A stretch of 64,000 bases of DNA from Octopus vulgaris (taxonomy: Eukaryota): assembly GCA_951406725.2 (NCBI GenBank), contig OX597825.1:35960001-36024000 (forward strand), in the 5' to 3' direction. Positions 51,362 through 63,512 of the stretch are shown here, in pieces (the first letter of the stretch is position 1; each line of letters starts with the position of its first letter). The translations under genes were made by a program, and so were the position numbers. Under the pieces are notes generated by a model that was not told where the DNA came from, ran no database searches, and worked only from the letters and a program-made list of their open reading frames with translations.

Positions 51362-52918
51362 AGACATAGGATAGATAGAAATTCTTTAGCCCCGAGTATT
51401 GACATTCCTGCTGAAGCATATTCAGTCTGATAATAATTTTACTTGTCATTCCGTTATTTAGCCCATTGGTAACGCTTTCACGTGATTAGAGAAAAAGAGG
51501 GAGAAAGAAAAGAGGGTGAGAGAAAAAGAGGGAGAGAGAAGCCATGATGTAAAGTAGGGGGAATGTAATTGTAATGCTTTCACGTGATTAATTGAAGGGA
51601 AAGAGGGAAGAAAGAAAAAGGAGAGGGAAAAGGGGATAAGGCGAAGAATGAGACAGAAAGCGGAAGAAAGAAAAAGACGGAGAGAGAAAGAGAGAAGCGT
51701 CCATGACGTGAGGTAGGGAGAACGTAATATCTATTATGTAATTTTAAAAAGTTTGTTGAAGGTGGTGATGATATATAGAGGAGGAGAGTTGAAAATATAA
51801 TTTTAGCAGAGGGGTGATGTTCTGATGATGAGGTTAAAGAAAGGCAGAGAGAAGGGAGAGATAGGGGGGAGAGATGATGGTGGTTGTAGTGATTGAATGG
51901 TGAAAAGTGTATTTTATTTAACTAGATTTTTTTATATTACCTATCACTTAACGCATGTGCATTAAGATATATGCAATTTAACTAAAAGTTGTATCATACG
52001 TACAGGATATTTTTTTGTTTAGTTTATGGGGAAAACGGAAAAATAAGAGTGAATATTTGTTTTATGAGCGGTGTGTATAAAGTCTATAAAATTGTGCATA
52101 AAGCACATAAAGTGTATATATAAAGTATATATAAAGTGTATAAAGTAATCATTGTATTCCAATTTCTTTCACTTTTCAATGAGCATCTATCTTTCCACAC
52201 AGACACAATACACGCTACACTTTCAGGTTTCTGGATAAAGTTTTCAGAAATAACCCAATAGGTTTACCATTAATTCCGTGAAATATTCACAGGTTCCACT
52301 AGTTAGTATAAATATCACTGAGGTGATTTCTCCACAAAATTGATGGAAGTCATCACCTTCTTTGTTGTGTTTGTTCAGATCAATATCCTGAAACTCTCTC
52401 CAGCTACTCTAGGTCAGGTGTTAGAAGCAACCGTTTGTGCTTGTCTCCAGTCCTCGCAAAAACGTCGTTGGTAGTTTGGGTAACCGTCCACTTCAGGTCA
52501 ACAATTATGACTGCTGTGTGTGGGTTGAGCAAAATATTGTGACAGCGATCTATGACTACTTGCAGCAAGGTTTCAATGCATCATGTGTTTTAGTCTGAAG
52601 ATAATCAAATGGTTAGTTCCTGGATTCTTAACCAGGAATTGAAAACTTATCCTATATTATTCAGAAAGCTTCTTCCCTTTGTTAGCGGAATCTGAGCTTG
52701 GAAATTTACAAGAGTCATCTGCCAAACTCCGTTCAACTTAGATAAGCTTTATTCTTTTCTTTAACATCTTAGGTGAAATTTGGTTCAACACAGACATACA
52801 CATTCACGTTTTTTGTTCCCCTGATCTACTTTCAGCTTCCGAACATGTATAAATTCAAACTCAATCTGTATATTTTCGAATAGTTCGTTTTCGTGCATCT
52901 ATCTCTTTCTAGTACCTA

Positions 52919-54083
52919 CTAGCTGTATAACCCGGCCTTGCCCGGGATTAAGTTACGATTATTAAGCTAATCAAGTTTTATTTCAAACCAAACTAAGTAA
53001 TATCGAATCAAATTTGGACGAAATCCGTTGAAATTGGTTTATATATATTGCATATGTTTTTTGCACGCATACATGTTAATAAACAGAAATGAATGGGAAA
53101 ATGTTGGTAAATTTGTAGATCAACACTCGCACGATTTTCATTAAGAAAAAAATCGTTTTTTTTTTGCGTGGAATCAACTACTCTGGCCTCCTAATATGCT
53201 ACAAAACCCTTTTTGTGGTCCGTAAAACGGAGTGGGGTGTGATGGAAGCCTCGGAAATCGTATCCATTTATATTGTGTAATTCACTGACAGACTGTTACC
53301 TACCTCTTTGTTTCTTTGTTGTTAAATAAATGGATTCTCAACAAAACACTTTTTACTCGGCGTAAAATAAAAACAAAACTCTTTCGCACCCAAAGTAATG
53401 TGTGTGTGAGAGAGAGGGGGGAAAAGATGAACGATTTAAAATAAATATATTGTAATTGTTGTGTGAGAAAGTATATATAATCTGATTATAAAATATAATG
53501 TCTTTCAAAAACATCCTAAATTTAAACACTATATCTCGTGTTTAAGAAAAAACAAAACATTTTACATTTTATTTTTTGTGAACACTGTGACTTACTCTCT
53601 CTCTCTCTCACTTTGTCTTTACCTTTTGGTTTTTTTAGACGCTGTCAAATCCTCTGCTCTCTTCCCCTTTTCTTTACCTTGTTTTTTTTTTGTTAGACGC
53701 TGTTAAACTATCTCCCACTCTTCCTTACACATACTTTTTCTTTACTTTTTTGTTAGACGTTGTGAAACACTCTCTCCCTCACACACACACACATACATCA
53801 ACACACAACTTCTCTCTCTCCCTCACACACATACTATCGCTTGGCTATGGCTAGAAGGGACTTAACTCATGTTAGCGACCTTCAAAATTGGTAAAAGCTA
53901 TGGCTGAAAATAGATTTTTACCACTATCCACGGGTGCCTCGGGAAGAAAATAAGTTGACAAAACCCAGGTAGGGTATTGATGAATGTCCTCCTAAAATTG
54001 GAGCGACATGTGTGCTAATTTGTGGACGTACATAAATTACAATCACGTACACACACACACATCGTGCCTTTTATAGATACAGA
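52919..54083 (-). mobile_element. Non-autonomous Helitron
   Basis: Minus strand begins A|TCTGTATCTATAAAAGG...(TG)n and ends with the hairpin CCCGGGCAAGGCCGGG, 8 nt, then CTAG|T; no TSD. Confidence 0.85.
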
Positions 54084-55957
54084 TATCTGACAAGCATTTC
54101 CTCAAAAGTTGTGTGAGTGTCATTGTTACTGTCAACCCTTTTCCGCTGGAAAACAGACGACTACTACAGACTCTATACACTGTTCCTAACAAGGCGAATT
54201 ATGATAGATAATTAGAATCCTCAAGAACTTACTTTTTCCTTCTGTTAAATTTCTTTTGGTGCACATTGCATTGTTGCATGAAATTTTAATTAACTTGCTA
54301 ATAATACTAATCATCATTGCATCTGTTACATCAATCGGTAACATCTGGTTGTTATAACAAGCAAAAGCAGTAGAAGCAGTTAACATGCAGTTTAACATAG
54401 TAAAAAAGTGAAAGAAAATTGCAATGGAAACCAGAAGTGAGGACAATGACATCCCAAAATTTTATATAAACACTGTGTGTTCATAATGTATAGAACGTAC
54501 ATATATTTATTATAATATGAAAATCGTACATATATTTTATACAAGATGACAACAATCATCTTTACAGAAAAGCATCAGTTACTGATGAACAAAATAATAC
54601 TCGTGAATAGTATTCCATGATCTCTAAATTCGTTCCACCACTCATGTTGATGAAGATTTGGAAAGAATATTTTGTTGTGTGCGTGTAAGGTTTCAAACGT
54701 ATGTATTTGAAGGCATGTTTCTTTCATTAGATCAAATATAACAATTTATTCTTTGATGGTAGTTTACACATATCACTGTAGAAAGCATATCACAAGGTAA
54801 TTAATGTTAAAGTTAAACAGGATGTAGTGTGAGACATAAATTAATTTTCCCATAACTCCCGAGGTAATTAGATTCGGTACTTAAGAGCTGCAAGGTGTAA
54901 ACTTATACAAAAATCCAATGAGTTATGTAGTTTAGTTGTGAAGCAAGGTTGAAGTCCCATAGCAGTAAAAATTATATTTATTAATTGGCGTTAAATCAGT
55001 AACTTGATTAGTCAACTGGAGGTTCAATCAGCAACTGATGTTTCCTTCCCAACATTCTATCAGCAACTAACTTTTGCATTTGAAAAAGGCGCACTTCACT
55101 GCTGGGCGGAAGTTGCCACATTTATTCTTCTGCAGCCAGCAGTAATTGGATGAAATAGGCATAGCACCACTGTGCTATGCCGCCACAACAAAATAGTGCT
55201 AACATATCTCACTACAAATACCCTCCTGCAGACTGAAAGTCGATGCAGAATAACAAATGAACAGCAAAATATACCTCTAAGGATCAACAAAATAAACTTT
55301 CTAAAGTCGCGACATGTCTCACTACAAAGATATTACGTTAATAGATCTTCACTAGTCCCACATTGGCACCCAAGTTTTCTTCTTGGCAAGCATCCATCGC
55401 CCTGCTATAGTCTCATTACTTCTGGTTTCTATAGTGAATTACTTTCAATTATTACATATTTTTTTCTTATAAAAATATACACATGCAGGAGGAGTAAATT
55501 ATATATATAATAATATTTTTGAATGTGGCTCCCGAGAAACTGTAAAAGTAAATACCTGATCAACGACAGATATTACTGCTTGTATATAATAAATGATTGT
55601 GCGTTTATATATATATATATTTTTTCTTCAAGCTTTGAGCTGAAGCCATGCTGATGCACCGCCGTACATACATATATATATCTATGTATGTATATATTTA
55701 AAATAATAAGGGTGAAAAATTGAATATTAATTTGATTAATATCAATTTAAAACCAGTGGTCTAGCATATTAAAATCTGAAGATTCAGAAAAACTATATTA
55801 CATACATATAAGTGGGATGACCACCATGTGGACATTCATTATGCTAGAAGTAGAACCACTATGGTCTTACCACTAAGAAAGGAATGTTCTCAAGAAAATT
55901 TAGCAAACGCCAGGATGTAAGCAAGCAAGACAAATGAAAAGAAACAAAATATAGATT

Positions 55958-56018
55958 AATCACAAACCAATTTCGCTATTACCACTTATGTAATTGTCTG
56001 TAGCTCATCAGTATGATC
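55958..56018 (-). ncRNA. Minimal type I hammerhead-like motif
   Basis: Minus strand: gatcata-CTGATGA-gcta...tagc-GAAA-ttggtt-tgtgatt; stem I (7 bp with G-U) and stem II (4 bp) pair; stem III looks like a decayed ACCGGT palindrome. Confidence 0.55.
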
Positions 56019-56021
56019 ATA

Positions 56022-56530
56022 TTTATCATAGAATTGGTGTCTTTTTAAGCTTTTGCTTTGATTTTTAGCAAGTGGTATCTTTATCCTTCTTTTCTTCAAG
56101 TATTTTATATTATACCTGTTTAAGTAGAAGTCTTGCTAGCCACCTCATTATAACTGTTTTTAATAGTAATGATACTTTACATATTTACTTTTTTATTGTT
56201 TATGATAGTTTTCTCTTTAAACGGAGCAGGACGTTTAAAGTTAGAAATGCACACAAGTTGACGTAAGGAATATTTTAGAAATAGATGTCAAATACTATTT
56301 CTAACTGAGGATTGCAGAGTATGTTTCTCATGCACAGCATGAATTCAATTGATATTGGGATATGTATTAGCTGCCTTCATATTCCATCCTGAAAGTAGGT
56401 CTATTTTTTAAAATATTCATTACATTGCTTGTGTGTGTATTTATCGTAGAATTGGTGGTTTTTTGAAGCTTTCTCATTGATTTTTAGCAAGCTGTATCTT
56501 TACCCTTCTTTTCTTCAAATATTTTATATT
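56022..56530. repeat. About 90-bp direct repeats roughly 420 bp apart
   Basis: tttatc.tagaattggtg...gatttttagcaag...ccttcttttcttcaa.tattttatatt at 56022-56111 and 56440-56530. Confidence 0.85.
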
Positions 56531-56759
56531 TGCATAAATATATATAAAAAGATTGGTAGAACAAGCAGGATAAATAGTATGCAAAATGTGTATATATATT
56601 TTTGTTATTATTTTTAATTGGCAGAAGTTTGTAAGTGATGCAAGGATCAAAAGTTGTTTGTAACTTATGCTGATTAAAAATAATATAGGTGTATGTGCAT
56701 TTGCGAATACGAGTGTATGTATGTATATGCATATATATAGAAATATACATAAATGTGTG

Positions 56760-56790
56760 CATGTGTGTGTGCGTGTGTGTGTGTGTGTGA

Positions 56791-56855
<65 letters not shown>
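56760..56855. repeat. (TG)n microsatellite
   Basis: Seen directly in the sequence. Confidence 0.95.
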
Positions 56856-56858
<3 letters not shown>

Positions 56859-57233
56859 CATTGTCATTATCGTACATTCACTTTTCTATGTTGGCAGAAT
56901 TGGTGATCATATCCTGCTGAAACAGACCCAATTTTGGCATGATTTCTATGGCTCATTGTTCTTCCTAAGGGCAACTACTTTACAGAATCTTCTTGGTGCA
57001 TTTTATCTAGTACAAGGGAAGATGCCATATCTTTGGCTAGACTAAAGAATTGTCTCTGCTGTACAACAAAATCAAACAAATAGGTGCAAGTGCAGCTGTA
57101 CGGTAAGAAGTTTGCTTCCCACCCATTTGATTCTGGGTTCAGTCCTACTGCATGGCACCTTGAGCAAGTGTCTTCTACTATAAACTTGGGCTGACCAAAG
57201 CCTTATGTGTCGATTATATATACATACATATAT

Positions 57234-57425
57234 TGGTGCAGGAGTGGCTGTGTGGTAAGTAGCTTGCTTACCAACCACATGGTTCCGGGTTCAGTCCCAC
57301 TGCATAGCACCTTGGGCAAATGTCTTCTACTATAGCTTCGGGCCAACCAAAGCCTTGTGAGTGGATTTGGTAGACAGAAACTGAAAGAAGTCCGTCGTAT
57401 ATATGTATATATGTGTGTGTGCGTG

Positions 57426-57471
<46 letters not shown>

Positions 57472-57676
57472 TGTGTCTGTGTTTGTCCCCCAACATCGCT
57501 TGACAACAGATGCTGGTGTGTTTACGTCCACGTCACTTAATGGTTCAGCAAAAGAGACCGATAGAATAAGTACTAGGCTTACAAAGAATAAGTCCTGGGG
57601 TCGATTTCTTCGACTAAAGACACTGCTCCAGCATGGCTGCAGTCAAATGACTGAAACATGCAAAAGAGTAAAAGAG
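57234..57676 (+). mobile_element. SINE family A, full length, with an extra head (57085-57205) and an extra tail (57690-57912) alongside
   Basis: Complete head-to-tail match. Confidence 0.9.
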
Positions 57677-58299
57677 TATACATATATATATGCGTGTGTG
57701 CCTGTATTTGTGTTTGTCCTCCCTCCCCACTGCTTGAAACTAGTGTTGGTGTGTTTACATCCCTGCAGCTTAGTGGTTCAGCAAAAGAGATGAATAGAAT
57801 AAGTACCAGGCTTTAAAAAAAAATGTACTGGTGTTAATTCGTTTGATTAAAGATTCTTCAAGGCAGTGCCCCAGCATGACCATGGTTTCACAACTGAAAC
57901 AAGTAAAAGAAAAATGATAAAAGAAATGCCATGTTGACTGAATCACTTAACCATTATTGATAATACTTATAATTTGTTTTTACTATTAGCCTTGTCTTTA
58001 GAGAATAAACAGTTATGCTTCCAAGATACGAATGGAATTATAATGAAAGATTATGACTTATAAATACAGTATAAATGCAAATAGTAAAAAAAGACATTTC
58101 ATCTCCATAGATGAGGTTAAAAGAGTGGAAATTTTTCATTTTATAATCCTAGATGTTTAAACATTTAATCACTTCTATTGTATATCGTAAGAATAAAAAA
58201 TACTGGTTCAAAGTTGATTTCAGTATGTTTATGATAAAGTATTTTATGAAATCCTGATAACATAATGCTTCTCCTGGTTTCATAAATTTTCACTGTCTT

Positions 58300-58333
58300 G
58301 TGTGTGTGTGTGTTTATATGTTTATACATATAG

Positions 58334-58366
<33 letters not shown>

Positions 58367-58585
58367 TTATGTATTATGTATGATACATATATATGCATAA
58401 ACATATATATGTGTATATATGCACACACATACTCACAACGTAAATATATATGTGTGCGTGTGTGTGTGTGTATGAATATATACATATATATATATAAATG
58501 TATATGTATATGTGTATTTATATATAAGTATATATGTGTGTGTTTATATGTATACGTATATGCATATATATAATGTATGTATATA

Positions 58586-58656
<71 letters not shown>

Positions 58657-58693
58657 GTATATGTATATATACGTGTGTGTTTATATGTATATA

Positions 58694-58728
<35 letters not shown>

Positions 58729-58840
58729 GCATATATGTATATATGTACATGTATATTTAAAATATAATTATATATTGTATACATATAATATAAAATTACA
58801 TATGTATATATATATTTTTATAGAATGTGTGTGTGTGTGT
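58300..58840. repeat. Compound TA/TG/CA microsatellite
   Basis: Seen directly in the sequence. Confidence 0.9.
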
Positions 58841-59055
58841 CTATGTTCTCTTCTAGAATTTCTCAAAGAAAAACAGAAAATTCTATTTGTATGTGAGAAA
58901 TGAGGTTCCAGCATTGAAACTGAGACAATATAAACTTAGAAACCAGCAGCTTTGCTGAAGTCACATAGTGAAAGACTTGTATATTTTTACTATCTGCTCC
59001 TTGAAGTGACTTTCCAGAAAATTCTCATGAAAGCCAGTTGTGTGTGTGTACGTAC

Positions 59056-59167
59056 GTATGTATGTATGTATGTATGTATGTATGTATGTATGTATGTATG
59101 TATGTATGTATGTATGTATGTATGTATGTATGTATGTATGTATGTATGTATGTATGTATGTATGTAT
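59056..59167. repeat. (TATG)n microsatellite
   Basis: Seen directly in the sequence. Confidence 0.95.
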
Positions 59168-59597
59168 GTGTATGTGTGTGTATTATGTATGTATGTAGGT
59201 AAGTAGGTGTGTGAGTTTGTTTTTGTGTGTACATTTGTGTATATGCATGTATGCATAAAGACTGGTCACCATGATGTGAATTTCATCAAGAAACTTCCTA
59301 CTTTCTTCTGTTTGTGAAAATGGCATTTATGAGTCATTAAATGAAATTCATATTTCTGCAAACCTTATTGTTGTTGTTTTTCTTCTTTGTTTTTATTATT
59401 TATTTATTTGTTCTTCAAACTTTAGATATCACTTCATTCTTTTTCTAAGTGGTTCTGTGATAACATTTCTTCAAAGAAAGGCATGGAATGGTAAACCTAA
59501 AAATGCATATACACACGCACAGACACATACAAACGCACATTATGTATATATACATATAGATACATATAACACACACACACACACACACACACATACA

Positions 59598-59648
<51 letters not shown>

Positions 59649-59782
59649 CAGTATAAAATAAAAAGAGGAGAGCCGCAGAAAGGGAGTATATATAAAATGA
59701 CAGATTTGAGCATATCATATTTCAGATGACCTATCCTCATAGCAAACATTAAGTTAGTGTTAATGTATCTGATATATATAGA

Positions 59783-60678
59783 ATGATTGATTGATTGATT
59801 GATTGATTCTAATTTCAGCTCATGAGCTGTGGCCATGCTGGGGCACCGCCATTTGGTGTTGCTACATGGTTTTACTTCACGAATGCTTTTTAGCAACTGC
59901 CATTTGGTGCATGAGAGAGTTCGATGCAGCTGCCCTCATCTGCACCTCCTGCCGTGAAGTTGGTTCATCTGGGATACCTGACAAAAAGAGATCCAGTTTC
60001 ATTTTAAAGACATCTGCATCCACCCCATGCAGGTCTCTTAGATTCTTTGGGAGGATATTGAAGAGCTGTGGGCCTCGGAAGCCCAGGCTATCACAGTATC
60101 TTGTCCTACATCTTGATGGCAAATTTGGAGTCCTAGGCACCACGCAGTGGCGCCCAGTTCTGGCATTTGTGTAACTCTCGATGCCAAAGTTTGGGACAAG
60201 TCCCTCCAGGATCTTCCAGATGTATATTATGGCATATCTTTCTCGCCTACGCTCCAAGGAATAGAGTTTTAATCTCTTGAGTCTTTCCCAGTAGCTTATA
60301 TTCTGCATAGAGGCTATCTTCTTCGTGTAGCTACGTTGGATCGCCTCAAGTTCTGTGATCAACTTGACACTGGATGGTGACCATAGCTGAGAGCAATAGT
60401 CAAAGTGGCTTAGGACAAGTGTCCTCCAGAGGACCATCATGGTTTCTTGTTCTCTTGTTCTAAAGGTTCTGAGAATCCATCCGGCCAGTCGTCTACATTT
60501 CATTGCCAATTTAGCAACATGTACACGAAAGGTTGCGTCATCACTCATGTAAATACCCAGGTCACGCACTGATTGTGCCTCTGGGATTGCAATTCCTCCG
60601 GGTCCAGTGTATTCATTGGGTATTGCATTTAGTTTTGCATGCTGATAGTATAAAGCTTGAAACTTTTCAGCTTGAATC
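59783..60678 (-). mobile_element. 5'-truncated CR1-group LINE (RT C-terminal region, 3' UTR, (AATC)n tail)
   Basis: Uninterrupted 267-codon frame with VRDLGIY, DYCSQLWSP, LEAIQR and YWERLKRLKLYSLERRRER; short UTR and (ATCA)n tail. Confidence 0.92.
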
Positions 60679-61149
60679 ATTAGAAAATTAATTAAAAATT
60701 AGCATTATGTATGTGTGAAAAAATCTGGTATTAGGCAAAGATTTATATTATTTCTTTCATTTTCTGAACAAGTGCTGAGCAACAACTCCATACATGGTTC
60801 AGTCTTATTCTGAGCTCTTCAGCTTAACTATTGTTTCTCTTGCAAATGGTATCCTTGAATATTATTATTATTCATTAAACACTTCTATTTTCTTTCAATA
60901 TAAGTATATAATCTTTGGCATTTATTTAATGTTTCATTCATCAGTGCTTCTGCAAATGCATATGAAGTTTATGTTTTGATGGTGAGGTCAGAATAAGACT
61001 GAAAACATGTCTCAAGTTCTCTTCCATACTTATCTGAAAAAACAAAAAAAAATGTAATATTGGCATTTGACTAATAATCTTTCTCCTTCATGGCATATTT
61101 CTAGTTAGCTTTCAAGTACCGTATGTCTTAAATATGTTATCATTAACTT

Positions 61150-61366
61150 ACTCTTTTACTTGTTTCAGTCATTTGACTGTGGCCATGCTGGAGCACCGCC
61201 TTAAGTCAAGCAAATCAACCCCAGGACTTATTCTTTGGAAGCCTAGTACTTATTCAATCGATCTCTTTTTGCTGAACTGCTAAGTTACGGGGACGTAAAC
61301 ACACCAGCATCAGTTGTCAAGCAATGTTGGTGGGACAAACACAGACACACAAACATATACACACGC

Positions 61367-61397
<31 letters not shown>

Positions 61398-61566
61398 CAT
61401 ATATACGACGGGCTTCTATCAGTTTCCGTCTACCAAATCCACTCACAAGGCTTTGGTCGGCCCGAGGCTATAATAGAAGACACTTGCTCAAGGTGCCACA
61501 CTGTGGGAATGAACCTGGAGCCATGTGGTCTGTAAGCAAGCTACTTACCACACAGCCACTCCTGCG
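61150..61566 (-). mobile_element. SINE family A, full length
   Basis: Close reverse-complement match to 57234-57676. Confidence 0.9.
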
Positions 61567-61927
61567 ACTTAGTTTATCTATCTTATGGGCTTGCCTCCTC
61601 CTTCTCACCACCACCACCACCACCACCATCATTATCATCAACAAATACTCCCTGTCTTAAGTATATTAAGACTAATGTAGTTGATTTCTCCTTCCATCTC
61701 TTTCTGTCTGTCTCTCACTCTGTCTCTTTTACACTCTGTCTGTTTCTTACTCTGTCTATCTACTCGTATCCACACATTATTATTTCTAGTTAGCTTTCAA
61801 ATACTTTACATCATAATACCAACTTACCCTTTGTATCGTACACAAATGTGAAATTGGATGATTTTTTGAAATCTGGTGATGTTGACAAAACAGCAATTAT
61901 ACAAAAGTCTACAAAAGTCCATAAGCA

Positions 61928-62075
61928 CAAGCATGGCTGTGTGGCAAGAAACTTGCTTCCCAACCATGTGGTTCTGGGTTTAGCCCCACTGCATGGCACC
62001 ATGAACAAGTGTCTTTAACTATATCCCTAGCCTTATGAAAGCCTTGTGATCACCACCACCACCACCACTACCATC

Positions 62076-62107
<32 letters not shown>

Positions 62108-62602
62108 TTAAAATCCGTTTTCCATGCTGGCATGGTTTGGACAGATGACAGGAGCTGGCAAGGTTAGGGACCACACAAGGTTCCAATGTTTACTTTGGCA
62201 TGGCTTCTATAGCTGGATGCCTTTTTTAATGCCAACCACTTTACAGAGTATACTGGGTGCTTTTTACGTGGCATCATCACCAGTGCTTGACAACCAGTGC
62301 TGGTTTGTTTATGTCAATGTGAAAATAAGTACTAAGGTCAATGTGCTCAACTAAAACCTTCAAAACCTAGTACGTGACTGAAACCTGTAAAAGATGTTAA
62401 ATGATAAAGTGGGATAAATTATTTTGGTTGTGTGGTACAAAATAACATATCAAGCCAAGTGAAATTGTAATCATGGCAAATACTGGTGTCACACAACTGG
62501 AGTCTGGTGCAGCTCCTCAGCTTACCAGCCCTTGTCAAACTGTCCAACCCATGCCAGCATGGACAATGGACATTAACTGATGATGACAATGATGATGATG
62601 AT
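61928..62602. mobile_element. Cluster of SINE remnants (A head +, D -, D +)
   Basis: Family A head at 61928-62050; family D minus at 62100-62290; family D plus at 62455-62602 with (GAT)n. Confidence 0.75.
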
Positions 62603-63472
62603 AGTTACTTTCAGTTTTACAGCCTTTAGTTTAGAGGGAAAGTAATACATAAATCACCCGCATTTCTCCTCGGTGTCAGCAATATATAGCAGCTAATTGT
62701 TTTATAATTGTTTAGGAGCTGATGCTAATCTGTCAGTGTTCATTTTATGTTAAAGTACAACAGTTTATAGCAGAATTACATCAAGTTGAAAGGGTAGGAA
62801 ACAGAGTGTTACCCAACACCGTAGGGAGCTGGCAACAGCTGAGTCAAGAAAATGAGAGGGATACAACAGCGGCTTATACAACCTCACAGTTGAAGTCAAG
62901 TGGAACGACAGCAGCCCCAACAAGTTTTGAGTGTTTCACTTGGTTGTTATTATAATGTTATGGTTATATCTCATTCAAAGCAACTGTATGTTTATTCTAG
63001 GCCGGTTTCATGTTTTCTGCTCTACTTGCAACCATTGTATACAGTAATTTAAATAAATGACTTTTATTTTTTTTTTAAGTATTGCTATTTGTCCTACTTT
63101 AATATTCAGCTGCTTTCCCACTCCACTAATCTCTAGAATACCATTAATGAGTTTGAAGTAATTAAAATCTTTGAAAAAATTCTTATACACTAAATAATTT
63201 GGAAAAAAATATACTTCTGACAATGGCTATCAGTTATTTACAACCTGGATGAGTTTATCCACAAAAGATTAACTGTGACATTCCCACCAAAAATTTGTAA
63301 GATCTTAGGTTAAAAGATGTTGAAATAAAGGCTGGAAAAGACATGGAAAATGATTTAGTGAAATTGTTTGGCAAATACCCAGTAAAAAGATGAGCAAATG
63401 GGAAAAATTTGGAACTAACTACTTATAAGATATAAGTATTGATTAGAGCACAAATATTAATATTTTTCCATA

Positions 63473-63512
<40 letters not shown>

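Noticed and set aside
54186-54452. 88-aa minus-strand ORF with a hydrophobic start and an internal GTAAGT
   Set aside because: No homology recognised, a weak acceptor, and AT-rich composition explains it.
62722-62955. 77-aa ORF in unique-looking, slightly GC-richer DNA
   Set aside because: No recognisable domain or consensus splice pair; could be regulatory but unsupported.
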